Assembly (NCBI GenBank): GCA_037926125.1
Contig: JAXSOP010000001.1
Coordinates: forward strand, 1-47,210
DNA: 47,210 nucleotides
Source of the DNA: Aquificaceae bacterium
Lineage (GTDB): Bacteria > Aquificota > Aquificia > Aquificales > Aquificaceae
Direction of reading: 5' to 3'
Below the pieces are notes generated by a model. It was not told the origin of the DNA. It did not search any database and saw only the letters and a program-made list of their open reading frames with translations. Both the position numbers and the translations under genes were made by a program. Shown here piece after piece: positions 31,569 to 42,103 of this stretch (positions are counted from its first letter, which is position 1; every line of letters begins with the position of its first letter).

Positions 31569-31945
31569 TTAATAGAACTCTCCGTATCTTTTGCCTACAT
31601 GTAAATAAAGCCATCCTGTAAACATTGCCAAAGCTGGTTTTGCTTGCTTTTTGTCTTGTATATCCTGACCAAGCTTAATAAAAAGGTCAATAATCCACTT
31701 ATGGTGTTGGTTGTGTTCTTCAAGGTCTGGGTAGCCTACCCCTTGCATAAACCTCTCCTCTTCTCCCAAGTGCCACACCACAAAGGACGCAATCTCCTTT
31801 TTGTAAAACTCTATGGCTCCTTGGAACTTATCCACACTTAACAGGTTAGTAATGGCGTTTATTCTATCTACTATGCCTTGATGCTGTTCTTCCATGCATT
31901 TCACACCTGTATATAATCCGTGTATCTCGTGGCTTACTTTTTCAT
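31569..31945 (-). pseudogene. Bacteriohemerythrin, probably disrupted
   Basis: LYTGV..MEEQH, HLGEEE.FM..GYP...EH...H, W...H motifs; ATG overlapping the clpX stop is 1 nt out of frame; final Asp ligand absent. Confidence 0.7.
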
Positions 31946-33180
31946 ACCGCTTCTTTCATTATATATATAGGCTTTAGCTTATTTTTTACCACTTCCGCAC
32001 TCACAAGCACCTTCTTAACATCATGCAAAGAGGGTATTTCAAACATCACATCAAGCATTATCTCTTCCATGATAGCCCTTAGACCCCTTGCACCAGTTTT
32101 CCTTCTTATAGATTCTCTTGCTATTTCCACGAGGGCATCTTCTGTAAACTCAAGCTCTACTCCCTCCATCTCAAAGAGTTTCTTGTACTGCTTTACAAGT
32201 GCATTTCTTGGTTCAACAAGCACCCTTATTAGTTCCTCCTCTGTCAACTCATCAAGGACTGCAACCACAGGAAGCCTGCCAACAAATTCCGGTATAAGCC
32301 CATAGTGTATGAGGTCATCTACTTCTACATAGTGGAGCGGGTTTTCCCCTCTGTCAAACTTTCTTATCTCTGCTTCAAAGCCTACCACAGATTTGCCGAG
32401 CCTTCTCTTTACTATGTCCTCAAGCCCCACAAAGGCACCACCGCATATAAAGAGTATGTCTGTAGTGTCTATCTGTATAAATTCCTGATGAGGATGTTTC
32501 CTTCCTCCCTGCGGTGGCACATTGGAAACTGTCCCTTCTATTATCTTCAGAAGAGCTTGCTGAACGCCTTCACCAGAAACATCTCTTGTTATAGATGGGT
32601 TTATGCCTGCCTTTTTGGCTATTTTGTCTATTTCGTCGATGTATATTATGCCCTTTTGTGCTGACTTTACATCGTATCCACAGTTTTGCAAAAGCCTAAC
32701 AAGCACGTTTTCCACATCTTCACCTACATAGCCTGCTTCTGTAAGGGTGGTTGCATCGGATATGGCAAAGGGCACGTCTAATATCTTTGCCAGAGTTTTT
32801 GCCAGCAGAGTTTTTCCAGAGCCAGTGGGACCTATCAGTAATATATTGCTCTTTTCCACTTCCACGTCGTCAAGACTCAGACCAAGCTCCTTTGCTCTTA
32901 TTCTTTTGTAGTGATTGTATACCGCCACAGACAGGACCTTTTTGGCTCTTTCTTGACCTATAACATATTGGTCAAGCTGTCTCTTTATTTCCTCGGGCGT
33001 GGGAATTTCCTTGGAAAGGCTGTAGCTAATGTGTTTTTTCTGGTCTTTTATTATGTTGTTGCATACTTCTACGCATCTGTCGCATATGAATGTGTCGTTT
33101 GGTCCTGCTATTAGCACCAAAACTTCGCTCTGAGACCTTCCACAAAAAGAGCAGTGGTTTTCTTGCCTTTTCTTTGACAT
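31942..33180 (-). CDS. clpX: ATP-dependent Clp protease ATP-binding subunit ClpX
   Basis: CSFC...ICDRC Zn finger, [27 protein letters not shown]. Confidence 0.98.
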   Translation of the reverse strand: MSKKRQENHCSFCGRSQSEVLVLIAGPNDTFICDRCVEVCNNIIKDQKKHISYSLSKEIPTPEEIKRQLDQYVIGQERAKKVLSVAVYNHYKRIRAKELGLSLDDVEVEKSNILLIGPTGSGKTLLAKTLAKILDVPFAISDATTLTEAGYVGEDVENVLVRLLQNCGYDVKSAQKGIIYIDEIDKIAKKAGINPSITRDVSGEGVQQALLKIIEGTVSNVPPQGGRKHPHQEFIQIDTTDILFICGGAFVGLEDIVKRRLGKSVVGFEAEIRKFDRGENPLHYVEVDDLIHYGLIPEFVGRLPVVAVLDELTEEELIRVLVEPRNALVKQYKKLFEMEGVELEFTEDALVEIARESIRRKTGARGLRAIMEEIMLDVMFEIPSLHDVKKVLVSAEVVKNKLKPIYIMKEAV

Positions 33181-33181
33181 G

Positions 33182-33778
33182 TTAGCTCCTTTTCTCTATA
33201 ACTTTGTCTACTATGCCGTACTCCATAGCTTCCTGGGCGGACATAAAGTAGTCCCTTTCCACATCCCTTTCAATCTTCTCTAAAGGCTGTCCAGTGTGCT
33301 TTGAGAGAATTTCGTTGAGTATATTCTTTATTCTCTTTATCTCCTCCGCATGGATTATTATGTCTGTTGCCTGGCCTGAGATGCCTCCAAGGGGTTGGTG
33401 GATCATTATCCTTGAATGTGGCAAGGCGTACCTTTTACCCTTTGCACCAGCAGAGAGCAGAACAGCACCCATGGAAGCTGCCTGACCGAGGCATATGGTA
33501 ACCACATCGGGCTTTATGTATTGCATGGTGTCATATATTGCCATGCCTGCGGTGACAGATCCACCGGGTGAATTTATATACATGTATATATCTTTTTCTG
33601 GGTCTTGGGCTTCAAGGAAAAGAAGCTGTGCAACAATAAGATTAGCTATGTGGTCATCTATGGGGAAACCCAGTAGGACTATTCTGTCTTGTAGAAGCCT
33701 TGAGTATATATCGTAAGCCCTTTCACCCCTTGGAGTCTGCTCAATAACTATGGGAACAAGTTGATTAAATATTTTCAT
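33182..33778 (-). CDS. clpP: Clp protease proteolytic subunit
   Basis: [24 protein letters not shown]. Confidence 0.98.
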   Translation of the reverse strand: MKIFNQLVPIVIEQTPRGERAYDIYSRLLQDRIVLLGFPIDDHIANLIVAQLLFLEAQDPEKDIYMYINSPGGSVTAGMAIYDTMQYIKPDVVTICLGQAASMGAVLLSAGAKGKRYALPHSRIMIHQPLGGISGQATDIIIHAEEIKRIKNILNEILSKHTGQPLEKIERDVERDYFMSAQEAMEYGIVDKVIEKRS

Positions 33779-35060
33779 CTTTATCCTCCTTTTTCTCTTC
33801 TATCTCCTTCACTATAGCCTTTGAGACTATGTCCTCAAGAGCCTTTTCTCTCCTTATGTCCTCTTCAAGGACTGGTAGCAAGTTTTCTCTTTCCAAAAAC
33901 TCCCTCATTTCTTCTACTGTACGTTCATAAGCCTGTGCCAGACCTTCTATCTTTTGCTGGATTTCTTCGGTGCTGACTTCTATGTTCTTCTGTTGAGCGT
34001 ATTTCTCTAATATGTATCTGAGCTTTATGTTAAAGACTGCCTGTGGTGTAAGCTCTTGGGCTATAGTCTTGTAATCCAAATACTTGGGGTCTATTCCCCA
34101 CTGAGATAGTTCCCTTACCCTTCTTTCCACAAGATGCGATAGCTCCCTCTGGAGCAGTGTTTGAGGGACATCAAACTCGTGGAGCTGAACCAACTTTATG
34201 GCTACCGCATCTGATATCATAGCCTTTCTCAAGTTTTCCAGACCAGCCCTTACCTCTTCCCTTATCTTCTCTTCCGCCTCAATCCAAGTTTTACCAAGCC
34301 CAAGCTCCTTTGCAAAGTCGTCGTTTAACTCTGGAAGTAGTTTTTCCTTTATACCCTTTACAGTAATTTCTACCCTTGCCTTACCGGCGGGTTTTCCCTC
34401 CACATCGTAAAGGGTGAGGTCTTCAAGTACGAGGCTATCCCCTTCCTTCCTGCCTATCAGCTCCTTCTCTATTTCTTCTCTAAAGGTCTTTGTGCCAATA
34501 ACTCCAGAGGTCTCTCCCTCCGTAGTCTCACCGCTCTCTAACTCTTCAACCTTGTAGTCCACAACCACTAAATCTCCTTCCTTGACTTCTCTCTCCACAG
34601 GCTCCCAAACCGCATGCTCTTGTCTTATCTCTTCTATCTTCTGCCTTACGAGATCCTCGTTGAACTCAACCTTTTTTATCTCAACCGCAAACCCTTCTAA
34701 GTTTTGCAGTTCAAACTCAGGAGGGACTTCAAAGGATACACTGTAGCTCAGTTTTTGAGATGGTTCTTCTAACTCTACCCTTTCAAGATATATGTCCGCA
34801 ACTGGCTTTAGACCACTTTCTTGTATTGCACTTGCCAGGGTGGCGTTTGCCACCTTTTTGCCTACCTCCTCCCGTATGTAGTCCCTAAACTTAGCTTTTA
34901 TAACCCACAAAGGCGCCTTGCCTTTTCTAAAACCTTCCACTTCCACGTTTTGCTTTAGGTAATTATACACCTCATCAAGAGCAGACCTGACTACATCACC
35001 TTCAACTTCCACCTTAATGCCTTTAAAAAGCCCCTGTCTATCTTCTACGCTTACCTTCAT
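33765..35060 (-). CDS. tig: Trigger factor
   Basis: GFRKGKAP ribosome-binding motif, FKBP-like domain, upstream of clpP. Confidence 0.95.
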   Translation of the reverse strand: MKVSVEDRQGLFKGIKVEVEGDVVRSALDEVYNYLKQNVEVEGFRKGKAPLWVIKAKFRDYIREEVGKKVANATLASAIQESGLKPVADIYLERVELEEPSQKLSYSVSFEVPPEFELQNLEGFAVEIKKVEFNEDLVRQKIEEIRQEHAVWEPVEREVKEGDLVVVDYKVEELESGETTEGETSGVIGTKTFREEIEKELIGRKEGDSLVLEDLTLYDVEGKPAGKARVEITVKGIKEKLLPELNDDFAKELGLGKTWIEAEEKIREEVRAGLENLRKAMISDAVAIKLVQLHEFDVPQTLLQRELSHLVERRVRELSQWGIDPKYLDYKTIAQELTPQAVFNIKLRYILEKYAQQKNIEVSTEEIQQKIEGLAQAYERTVEEMREFLERENLLPVLEEDIRREKALEDIVSKAIVKEIEEKKEDKDENI

Positions 35061-35076
35061 ACATACCTCCTTTTTT

Positions 35077-35162
35077 TGGTGCGGGTGGAGGGAGTCGAAC
35101 CCTCACGGGTTATCCCCACAGGATCCTAAGTCCTGCGCGTCTGCCAGTTCCGCCACACCCGC
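35077..35162 (-). tRNA. tRNA-Leu (anticodon TAG)
   Basis: GCGGGTG acceptor stem, D-loop TGGCAGA, anticodon arm CAGGA-CTTAGGA-TCCTG, long variable arm, GTTCGAC T-loop, encoded CCA. Confidence 0.97.
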
Positions 35163-35234
35163 TTAAGAATACAAAATTATAACCTGCTTTTGGTCAATTC
35201 AACCTCCTACAAAAGCCCTATATTTACATAGACT

Positions 35235-36428
35235 ATGGAAAAGTTTATAGAAATTCCCCTTGACCTTGCTCAAAAGTGTGTAAAGTGTGGACTGTGTAAG
35301 TCTGTATGTCCCACATACCCATACATACAGGAAGAAGCTGGCTTTGCCCGTGGCAGGCTTGCCCTTGCAGAGATGGTGGTAAAGGGTGAACTGCTCCTCT
35401 CTGAAGAGGTTGCCAAGCAGTGGGACCAGTGTGCCATGTGTAGAAGGTGCGAGTGGATATGTCCCAACAATGTGGAATACAAAGAGATTTTGGTTCATGC
35501 AAGGAATATGCAAAGGGACAATTTGGGACAGGGAATAGTAAAGAACCTTGGTCTGAAGTCCTTGGAGCTTTTGCAGTCAAAGGCAGGTAGAAAGGTGGTA
35601 AAGTTAGCTGGTAAACTTCTTAGTCCCTTGCCTTTTGGAGAAATAAAAACACCCTTTCCCACCGGTGCGGTCAAATTTATGCCAAAGCCCACTGCAGAGG
35701 CTTTTGGACTAAGAGGTAAGGTCTTTAAAGCTCAAGAAGAAAGGGGAAAGCTCCTCTTTTTCACGGGCTGTATGATAGATGCCTTTTATGGGAAGACGGG
35801 CGAAAATGTTATAAAGCTCATGAACAAAGCTGGCTACACGGTGGTTGTCCCAGAGGACATAAAATGTTGTGGTGCGCCCCATTACTACTCTGGAAACCTT
35901 CCTGCCTTTGAAAAGCTAAGAGACCATAACCTTAAAGAGATGGCAAAATATGAGTTTGACGCAGTGGTGGTTGCTTGTCCCACGTGCGGTGGGGCTTTGC
36001 AAGAAGACTACAAACTACAGAAACCAGTTTACGACTTTGCGGAGATAGTGTTTAAGAGCCCACTTAAGTTTAAAGGCTCTGGCAAAAAGCTCACCTTCCA
36101 TGTGCCATGCCACTCCTACAGTGCCATGAAAACAAGTGACAAAGTCTTTTACGGTGTAATGGAAAGGATTGAGGGCGATGAAGTAAGAAGGGCAGAAAAG
36201 GACAAATCTTGCTGTGGCTTTGCAGGGCTTTTCTCCATCACAAACCCCAAAATGTCAGACCAGATACAAAAAGAAAAAATCCAAGACCTGCAGAAAACTC
36301 AAGCGGATGTGGTGCTTACTACTTGCCCAGGCTGTGTGCTTAATTTAAAGGATGGAGTTAAAAAACATAAAACTAGGCAGGAGGTTCTGCACTTAGCGGA
36401 CTATCTGGCTGAAAACCTCGAGGAATGA
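35235..36428 (+). CDS. GlcF-like Fe-S oxidoreductase subunit (2x[4Fe-4S] + two CCG domains)
   Basis: CVKCGLC..VCP, CAMCRRC..ICP, CCGAP, CCGFAG, CPGC. Confidence 0.88.
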   Translation: MEKFIEIPLDLAQKCVKCGLCKSVCPTYPYIQEEAGFARGRLALAEMVVKGELLLSEEVAKQWDQCAMCRRCEWICPNNVEYKEILVHARNMQRDNLGQGIVKNLGLKSLELLQSKAGRKVVKLAGKLLSPLPFGEIKTPFPTGAVKFMPKPTAEAFGLRGKVFKAQEERGKLLFFTGCMIDAFYGKTGENVIKLMNKAGYTVVVPEDIKCCGAPHYYSGNLPAFEKLRDHNLKEMAKYEFDAVVVACPTCGGALQEDYKLQKPVYDFAEIVFKSPLKFKGSGKKLTFHVPCHSYSAMKTSDKVFYGVMERIEGDEVRRAEKDKSCCGFAGLFSITNPKMSDQIQKEKIQDLQKTQADVVLTTCPGCVLNLKDGVKKHKTRQEVLHLADYLAENLEE

Positions 36429-36440
36429 TATAATTCCAAA

Positions 36441-37427
36441 ATGCGAATATTGGTGACGGGAGGAGCGGGCTATATAGGCTCCCATATGGTAAAACTCTTA
36501 GGCGAGCGAGGATATCAAGTACTTACCTTAGATAACCTCTCAGAGGGCAACCCCTGGGCTGTACTATATGGAGACCTTAAAGTGGTAGACCTTCTCAACT
36601 ACAAAGCCCTTGAGGAAGTCCTACTTGAGTTCAAACCAGAAGCGGTTATCCACTTTGCTGCAAAGGTAAAAGTCCCAGAAAGTGTTAGAAAACCCCTGCT
36701 ATACTACGAAAATAACTTCATGGGAACGCTAAACCTTCTTCAGGCAATGCAAAGGGCTGGAACAGAGTATATTATATTCTCTTCCACTGCTGCAGTTTAT
36801 GGCATACCAAAGAGAGTCCCAGTAAAAGAGGAGGACACCACAAAGCCAATTAACCCCTATGGCTGGAGCAAGCTATTTGCGGAGCAGGCGATAAGAGACT
36901 TTTCTTATGCCACAGGTTTAAAGTATGCTATTCTCAGATACTTCAACGTGGCAGGTGCGGATCCAGAAGGGAAAATTGGACAAGTTAGCAAAGAGCCAAC
37001 ACATCTTATCCTAAGGGCGGTAAAGACCGCGACTGGTCAGTTCCCCTACATGGAAGTCTTTGGAACAGATTATCCTACAACAGATGGGACTTGCATAAGA
37101 GACTATGTGCATGTTATGGACTTGTGCGAGGCTCATTTAAAGGCTTTAGACTACCTAATGAGTAATGGGCGAAACGATGTTTTTAATGTGGGATATGGCA
37201 AAGGATACTCAGTGCTTGAGGTAATACAAAAGGTTAAAGAGGTTTCTGGTGTGGACTTTGAGGTAAGAAATGCACCAAGACGAGAAGGAGACCCACCCCT
37301 GCTTGTGGCAGATAGCCAAAAGGCAAGAGAGGTTCTTGGCTGGAAGCCCCAGTATGATAGCTTGGACTTTATCATAAAAACTGCCTTAGACTGGGAAAAA
37401 TCCTATATTTATTCCAATGGAACTTGA
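36441..37427 (+). CDS. galE: UDP-glucose 4-epimerase
   Basis: GGAGYIGSH, PYGWSK (YxxxK), LRYFNVAGA, DGTCIRDYVHV. Confidence 0.96.
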   Translation: MRILVTGGAGYIGSHMVKLLGERGYQVLTLDNLSEGNPWAVLYGDLKVVDLLNYKALEEVLLEFKPEAVIHFAAKVKVPESVRKPLLYYENNFMGTLNLLQAMQRAGTEYIIFSSTAAVYGIPKRVPVKEEDTTKPINPYGWSKLFAEQAIRDFSYATGLKYAILRYFNVAGADPEGKIGQVSKEPTHLILRAVKTATGQFPYMEVFGTDYPTTDGTCIRDYVHVMDLCEAHLKALDYLMSNGRNDVFNVGYGKGYSVLEVIQKVKEVSGVDFEVRNAPRREGDPPLLVADSQKAREVLGWKPQYDSLDFIIKTALDWEKSYIYSNGT

Positions 37428-37725
37428 AATTTTGGAAAAGCTAAAGGAGATAAAAGACCCAGAGATACCCATAGACATAGTGAACCTTGGACTTATATAC
37501 GGTGTGCAAGTAAAGGACGGAATAGCCTATGTGGATATGACCCTAACAGTCCCCTCCTGTCCTGCAAAGGGCTTTTTTGCGGAGCATATAAGGGAACACC
37601 TGCTTAGAAATTTTCCTCAGTTGTCGGATGTTGTGATAAACTTTGTATTTGAGCCTGCTTGGAGCAGGGATAAAATATCTGAAGAAGGAATGCAGAAGCT
37701 AAGGAGTATGGGATGGAATATCTAA
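37417..37725 (+). CDS. DUF59/SufT-like Fe-S cluster assembly factor
   Basis: DPEIPIDIVNLGLIY, MTLTVPSCP, FEPAW. Confidence 0.9.
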   Translation: MELEILEKLKEIKDPEIPIDIVNLGLIYGVQVKDGIAYVDMTLTVPSCPAKGFFAEHIREHLLRNFPQLSDVVINFVFEPAWSRDKISEEGMQKLRSMGWNI

Positions 37726-38198
37726 AGGATAAATTCAGGGCACTGGCGGAAGCCATTGAGAGGGAATCTGTCCTTGTCCACCGTGCTGCATTAGTTGATG
37801 GCTACAGAGATATACACAAGCTGAGTAAATTAGGAGTAGACAAGGTAATAAAAAAGGCAACCCATTATGGAGGGAAAAAGGGGGCGAAGATACTAAAAGA
37901 AAGGTATGGCATATACACAGACAGGCTGGACGAAGCCATTGACTTGCTAACGGTTATCGCGGAATCCTCAAGGCTTTTGGATGTTTTTGAATATGACCTT
38001 GATAAAATGGAGATAAGAGTTGACGGCTCTATATTGGTGGAGGCGGTAGGTAGTAGCAAAAGCCCTGTTTGTGAGCCAATGGCTGGTTTCTTTGAGGGTT
38101 TTCTTAGTGAGCTACTTGATAAAAAGATAAGCGTTAAGGAGGTTGCCTGCAGGGCTCAAGGACATGAAAGGTGCATATTTAAAATAACCCTTAGATAG
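37713..38198 (+). CDS. V4R domain protein
   Basis: PVC...GFFEG...EVAC.A.G...C.F V4R signature. Confidence 0.85.
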   Translation: MEYLKDKFRALAEAIERESVLVHRAALVDGYRDIHKLSKLGVDKVIKKATHYGGKKGAKILKERYGIYTDRLDEAIDLLTVIAESSRLLDVFEYDLDKMEIRVDGSILVEAVGSSKSPVCEPMAGFFEGFLSELLDKKISVKEVACRAQGHERCIFKITLR

Positions 38199-38199
38199 C

Positions 38200-38595
38200 A
38201 TGGCGGTAATAAAAGTAAGAACAACCAAGCACACGAGCTTTGTAAACATAACCAATCAGGTCAGGGAAATAGTGAAAAATTTGGGCGTAAGGTCTGGCAT
38301 ATGTATTGTGTATGTTCCCCATACTACTGCCTGCCTTTTCATAAACGAAGGTGCAGACCCAGACGTAATAAGGGACATAGCTTACTCTGTAGAAAAACTT
38401 ATACCGTGGAGGGATAACTACGCCCACTCAGAAGGAAACTCTGCAGCACATATAAGAAGTGCCATAATAGGCAACTCAAGGGTCATACCCATAGAGAATG
38501 GAGACCTTGTCCTTGGCACGTGGGAAGCGGTTTTTCTTGCGGAGTTTGACGGACCCAGAGAAAGAAAGGTTATAGTTAAAGTTATAGAAGACTGA
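38200..38595 (+). CDS. YjbQ family protein
   Basis: HTTA..INE..DP, HSEGNSAAH, LGTW, EFDGPR. Confidence 0.93.
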   Translation: MAVIKVRTTKHTSFVNITNQVREIVKNLGVRSGICIVYVPHTTACLFINEGADPDVIRDIAYSVEKLIPWRDNYAHSEGNSAAHIRSAIIGNSRVIPIENGDLVLGTWEAVFLAEFDGPRERKVIVKVIED

Positions 38596-38607
38596 GTGAG
38601 GACTAAT

Positions 38608-39015
38608 ATGAGGATTTTGTTGCTATTTATTATGTTATTTAGCATTGCACTGTCAAAAGAAGTGCCATTCACTCAAGAGGATAGGGATAGGCTAAGGAAT
38701 GTGGAACTAAAAGTAGAAAAACTTGAGGAGGGGCAAAGACATTTACGGAAACAGATAGACGAACTTAAAAGGGATACTCAAAGACAATTTGATGAACTAA
38801 GAACATTCCTATACTGGGGCTTTGGCATATTATTTGGAGGTGTGGGAATTCTCATAGGTTTTGTAATATGGGACATAAGGACTGCAGTTGAGCCTGTAGC
38901 AAAGAAGATTAGAGAGATAGAAGAAGGGGAAGAGAAGTTAGAGAAAGTTATGAAAAAACTTGCCAAAAAGGACCCTGAGATAGAAAAAATATTAAGGGAA
39001 GAAGGACTTGTATAG
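38608..39015 (+). CDS. Coiled-coil membrane protein of unknown function
   Basis: Signal peptide, coiled coil, single TM, WD.RT, second coiled coil. Confidence 0.75.
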   Translation: MRILLLFIMLFSIALSKEVPFTQEDRDRLRNVELKVEKLEEGQRHLRKQIDELKRDTQRQFDELRTFLYWGFGILFGGVGILIGFVIWDIRTAVEPVAKKIREIEEGEEKLEKVMKKLAKKDPEIEKILREEGLV

Positions 39016-39024
39016 GAGGTAAAC

Positions 39025-40320
39025 ATGGAGTATGTATTAGCTTTTTTGATTCTTATAGGTGTGCTTATATGGTTTCATGAGCTCGGGCATTTTCTTATGG
39101 CTAAGCTCTTTGGTGTTAAGGTGGAGATATTCTCCATTGGTTTTGGTCCAGTGATTCTTAGCAAAAAGGTGGGGGAGACAGAATACAGGCTATCTGCACT
39201 CCCCTTGGGAGGATTTGTAAAGCTTTACGGTGAAGAGGAACAAATTGAGGACAAAAGAGCCTTTTCCTCAAAGCCTAACTGGCAGAAGATACTCATAGCC
39301 TTTGGTGGTCCACTATTTAACTTTATACTTGCAATCTTGCTCTTTGCCCTGATAGCTATGGTTGGCAGACAGGTGCCAAAGTATGTTTATGAAAAACCTC
39401 TTGTAGGTCATGTGGTAGAGAACAGCATAGCTTATAAGCTTGGTATAAAGGAAAGAGACATAATACTGGAAATAAATTCAAAAAAGGTGCAAAACTGGAA
39501 GGAGGTTGAAAGCACGGTCTTTGAAAACATACTTGCCAAGGAGTGGAGCGTTAAGGTGCTAAGAGATGAAGAGGAAATAAACCTTTTCCTTAAGGATAGC
39601 ATTAGCAAATCCGCCGGCTTTGGAGCTGAGCCTTGGCTTCCTGCAATTGTGGGAAAGGTTATAGAGGACAGCCCAGCATCTCAAGTGGGACTGCAGGCTG
39701 GAGATAAAATACTCAAGGTTAACGGTAAAGAAATAAGGGGCTGGTATGAGCTTGTAAAACATGTAAGAGAGTCAAAAGATAGACCCGTTCTGTTAACCAT
39801 ACAAAGAGGAGACTCCATTGAAGAAAAGACGGTTATTCCTAAGGTTGACCCAAGAACTGGAATGCCTATATTGGGTATAGCTCCCTATGTGGAGACAATG
39901 AAAACCAAAGAGTCCCCCCTACAGGCTCTTTCGGAGGGTTTTCAGAGGACATACATGCTTAGCCTACTATCCCTGAAAGCTTTGTGGAGCCTTGTAACTG
40001 GTGGTCTTTCCATAAAAACCTTAGGAGGACCAATCGCCATAGCTCAACTGGCTGGCGAATCCGCACAGCATGGTCTAATTCCCTTTATAGGTATGATGGC
40101 TTTTATATCTGTTCAACTTGCCATATTTAACCTTGTACCCCTTCCCATTCTTGATGGTGGGCTCATACTTCTTTTCCTTATGGAATCTATAAGAAGAAAG
40201 CCTTTCTCTCCCAAATTCAAGGAGGCATGGGTAAAAGCAGGCTACGCCATAATAATAGTCCTTGCAGGCTTTGTGATACTGAATGATATACTGAGAATAC
40301 TAAGCGGTGGAAGGCTCTAA
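39025..40320 (+). CDS. rseP: RIP metalloprotease RseP
   Basis: HELGH, two PDZ domains, [11 protein letters not shown]. Confidence 0.96.
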   Translation: MEYVLAFLILIGVLIWFHELGHFLMAKLFGVKVEIFSIGFGPVILSKKVGETEYRLSALPLGGFVKLYGEEEQIEDKRAFSSKPNWQKILIAFGGPLFNFILAILLFALIAMVGRQVPKYVYEKPLVGHVVENSIAYKLGIKERDIILEINSKKVQNWKEVESTVFENILAKEWSVKVLRDEEEINLFLKDSISKSAGFGAEPWLPAIVGKVIEDSPASQVGLQAGDKILKVNGKEIRGWYELVKHVRESKDRPVLLTIQRGDSIEEKTVIPKVDPRTGMPILGIAPYVETMKTKESPLQALSEGFQRTYMLSLLSLKALWSLVTGGLSIKTLGGPIAIAQLAGESAQHGLIPFIGMMAFISVQLAIFNLVPLPILDGGLILLFLMESIRRKPFSPKFKEAWVKAGYAIIIVLAGFVILNDILRILSGGRL

Positions 40321-40973
40321 AAGGGTCTTCCCGGTACCTTCTCCCAGTCCTTTAGAAATATCTCTATACCCTTGTCAGTAAGGGGATGTTGGAAGAGCTT
40401 TTTCATAACCTCGAAGGGCATGGTACATATGTCCGCACCGATGAGTGCAGCCTCCACAACATGCATTGGATGTCTTACGCTTGCTACTATTATTTCTGTA
40501 TCCACTATGTCGTAGTTGTCAAATATCTGCTTTACCTCTCTTATGAGCCTCATGCCATCGCTTGAGACATCGTCTATCCTGCCTATAAAGGGGGATACAA
40601 AACTTGCTCCTGCTTTTGCTGCTATAAGGGCTTGAGCGGGTGAGAATATGAGGGTGACGTTAGTGGGTATGCCTTCAGACTCCAAAGCCTGAACCGCCTT
40701 CATGCCCTCTGGGGTCATGGGGATTTTTACCACTACGTTGTCCCCAAGCTCTGCTAGCATCTTTCCTTCCTTTATCATGCCTTCCGCATCCCTTGAAACC
40801 GTCTCCAAGCTGACAGGACCATCTACCAACTGAAGTATCTCCTTTGCTACCTCCAAGAAGGGTCTTCCAGTCTTGGATATAAGGGTTGGGTTTGTAGTTA
40901 CGCCGTCGAGTATACCCCAGTCAATAGCCTGTTTTATCTCATCTACCATTCCTGTGTCAAGAAAGAACTGCAT
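40317..40973 (-). CDS. tal: Transaldolase / fructose-6-phosphate aldolase
   Basis: FFLDT, GVTTNP, VVKIP (Schiff Lys), SPFIGR, HPLTD.G. Confidence 0.9.
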   Translation of the reverse strand: MQFFLDTGMVDEIKQAIDWGILDGVTTNPTLISKTGRPFLEVAKEILQLVDGPVSLETVSRDAEGMIKEGKMLAELGDNVVVKIPMTPEGMKAVQALESEGIPTNVTLIFSPAQALIAAKAGASFVSPFIGRIDDVSSDGMRLIREVKQIFDNYDIVDTEIIVASVRHPMHVVEAALIGADICTMPFEVMKKLFQHPLTDKGIEIFLKDWEKVPGRPF

Positions 40974-40976
40974 AAC

Positions 40977-41345
40977 CTACACCTCCTGAAGTATTCTCTG
41001 GTGTTTTACAACACCCACAAAGGCTTTTTTTATTATACCATCCTTAATCACAAGTGTGGTTGGCGTTGCCAATATTCCTAGCTCTCTTGCAGTGTGAAAA
41101 CCTTCCGACCTTGCCACATCAACCTCCAAAACCTTTACTTTTTCTTTGAGCTTTTCTATTTCTGGCTTCATTAGCTTACACGCTCCACATCTTTCGGAAT
41201 AGAAGTAAACAACTCCTTCTGTAAGGAGGTCAATTTTTCTGCCTTGCATCTTTTTGCTCCTTAGGTTTGCGTAAAATCTCAAGCTTAGCATAAACCCAAA
41301 AAATAAAACAAGAAAAAGGGCTATAAGCCTTAGGATATTTTCCAT
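40977..41345 (-). CDS. Membrane-anchored thioredoxin-family protein
   Basis: N-terminal TM, CGAC, ATPT cis-Pro loop. Confidence 0.85.
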   Translation of the reverse strand: MENILRLIALFLVLFFGFMLSLRFYANLRSKKMQGRKIDLLTEGVVYFYSERCGACKLMKPEIEKLKEKVKVLEVDVARSEGFHTARELGILATPTTLVIKDGIIKKAFVGVVKHQRILQEV

Positions 41346-41347
41346 GC

Positions 41348-42103
41348 CTATCTCCTACCCACAGGTTTAATGTGGAGGGCTTTGCGGAGGTTTCTTAACT
41401 CTTCTCTTGTCATGTCTCTCCACTCTCCAGGTTTTAGGTTTCCAAGTTTTATAGGACCTATGGCAGTCCTTTTAAGCCTAATGACCTTGTGTCCAAAGTA
41501 AGATACAAACCTTTTGACTATGTGCTTTCTACCTTCGTGAAAGACTATTTCCAAAAGGCTGGTATCTTTTAGGTGTTTTAAGAGCTTTACGCTGTCTGGT
41601 TTTGCAAAGCCATCTTCAAGGTTTGCACCCTTTTTCATAGCCTCAAGGGTTTCTTTGCTTACTTTTCCAGAAGCCCAGACTAAATAGACCTTTGGAAGTT
41701 TGTGTCTTGGGTGCATTATTCTGTTTGCAAGTTCTCCGTCGTTGGTAAGTATGAGAAGCCCTTCCGCGTTGTAGTCAAGTCTTCCTGCTGGATATACCCT
41801 TTCGGGAATATCCTTGATAAGCTCTTTTATGGTCTTTTTGCCATCCTTAGCGTCGCCAAGGGAGGTAAGATAACAGCAAGGTTTGTATAGGATTATATAT
41901 CTGTGTCTTAATGGTCTTACTTCTTTTCCATCTATCTCCACCACATCCCTTTCCGTGTCTACCCTCCACCCCAGTTCCCTTACAACGAGCCCGTTTACTT
42001 TGACTTTCCCCTCTAATATAAGCTCATCTGCCTTCCTTCTTGAAGCAACCCCGCACATGGAAAGGTACCGGTTTAGCCTTACCAATAACGCTCTTCCTTC
42101 CAT
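41348..42103 (-). CDS. RsuA/RluB family pseudouridine synthase
   Basis: S4 domain (RLNRYL..CGVASRR), GRLD catalytic motif, EGRKH; likely start ATG 42103. Confidence 0.92.
   Translation of the reverse strand: MEGRALLVRLNRYLSMCGVASRRKADELILEGKVKVNGLVVRELGWRVDTERDVVEIDGKEVRPLRHRYIILYKPCCYLTSLGDAKDGKKTIKELIKDIPERVYPAGRLDYNAEGLLILTNDGELANRIMHPRHKLPKVYLVWASGKVSKETLEAMKKGANLEDGFAKPDSVKLLKHLKDTSLLEIVFHEGRKHIVKRFVSYFGHKVIRLKRTAIGPIKLGNLKPGEWRDMTREELRNLRKALHIKPVGRR

Noticed and set aside
35077-35234. tRNA-Leu as an integration site for a genomic island
   Set aside because: No integrase or duplicated tRNA 3' end seen; tRNA-Leu upstream of tig-clpP-clpX is a common core arrangement
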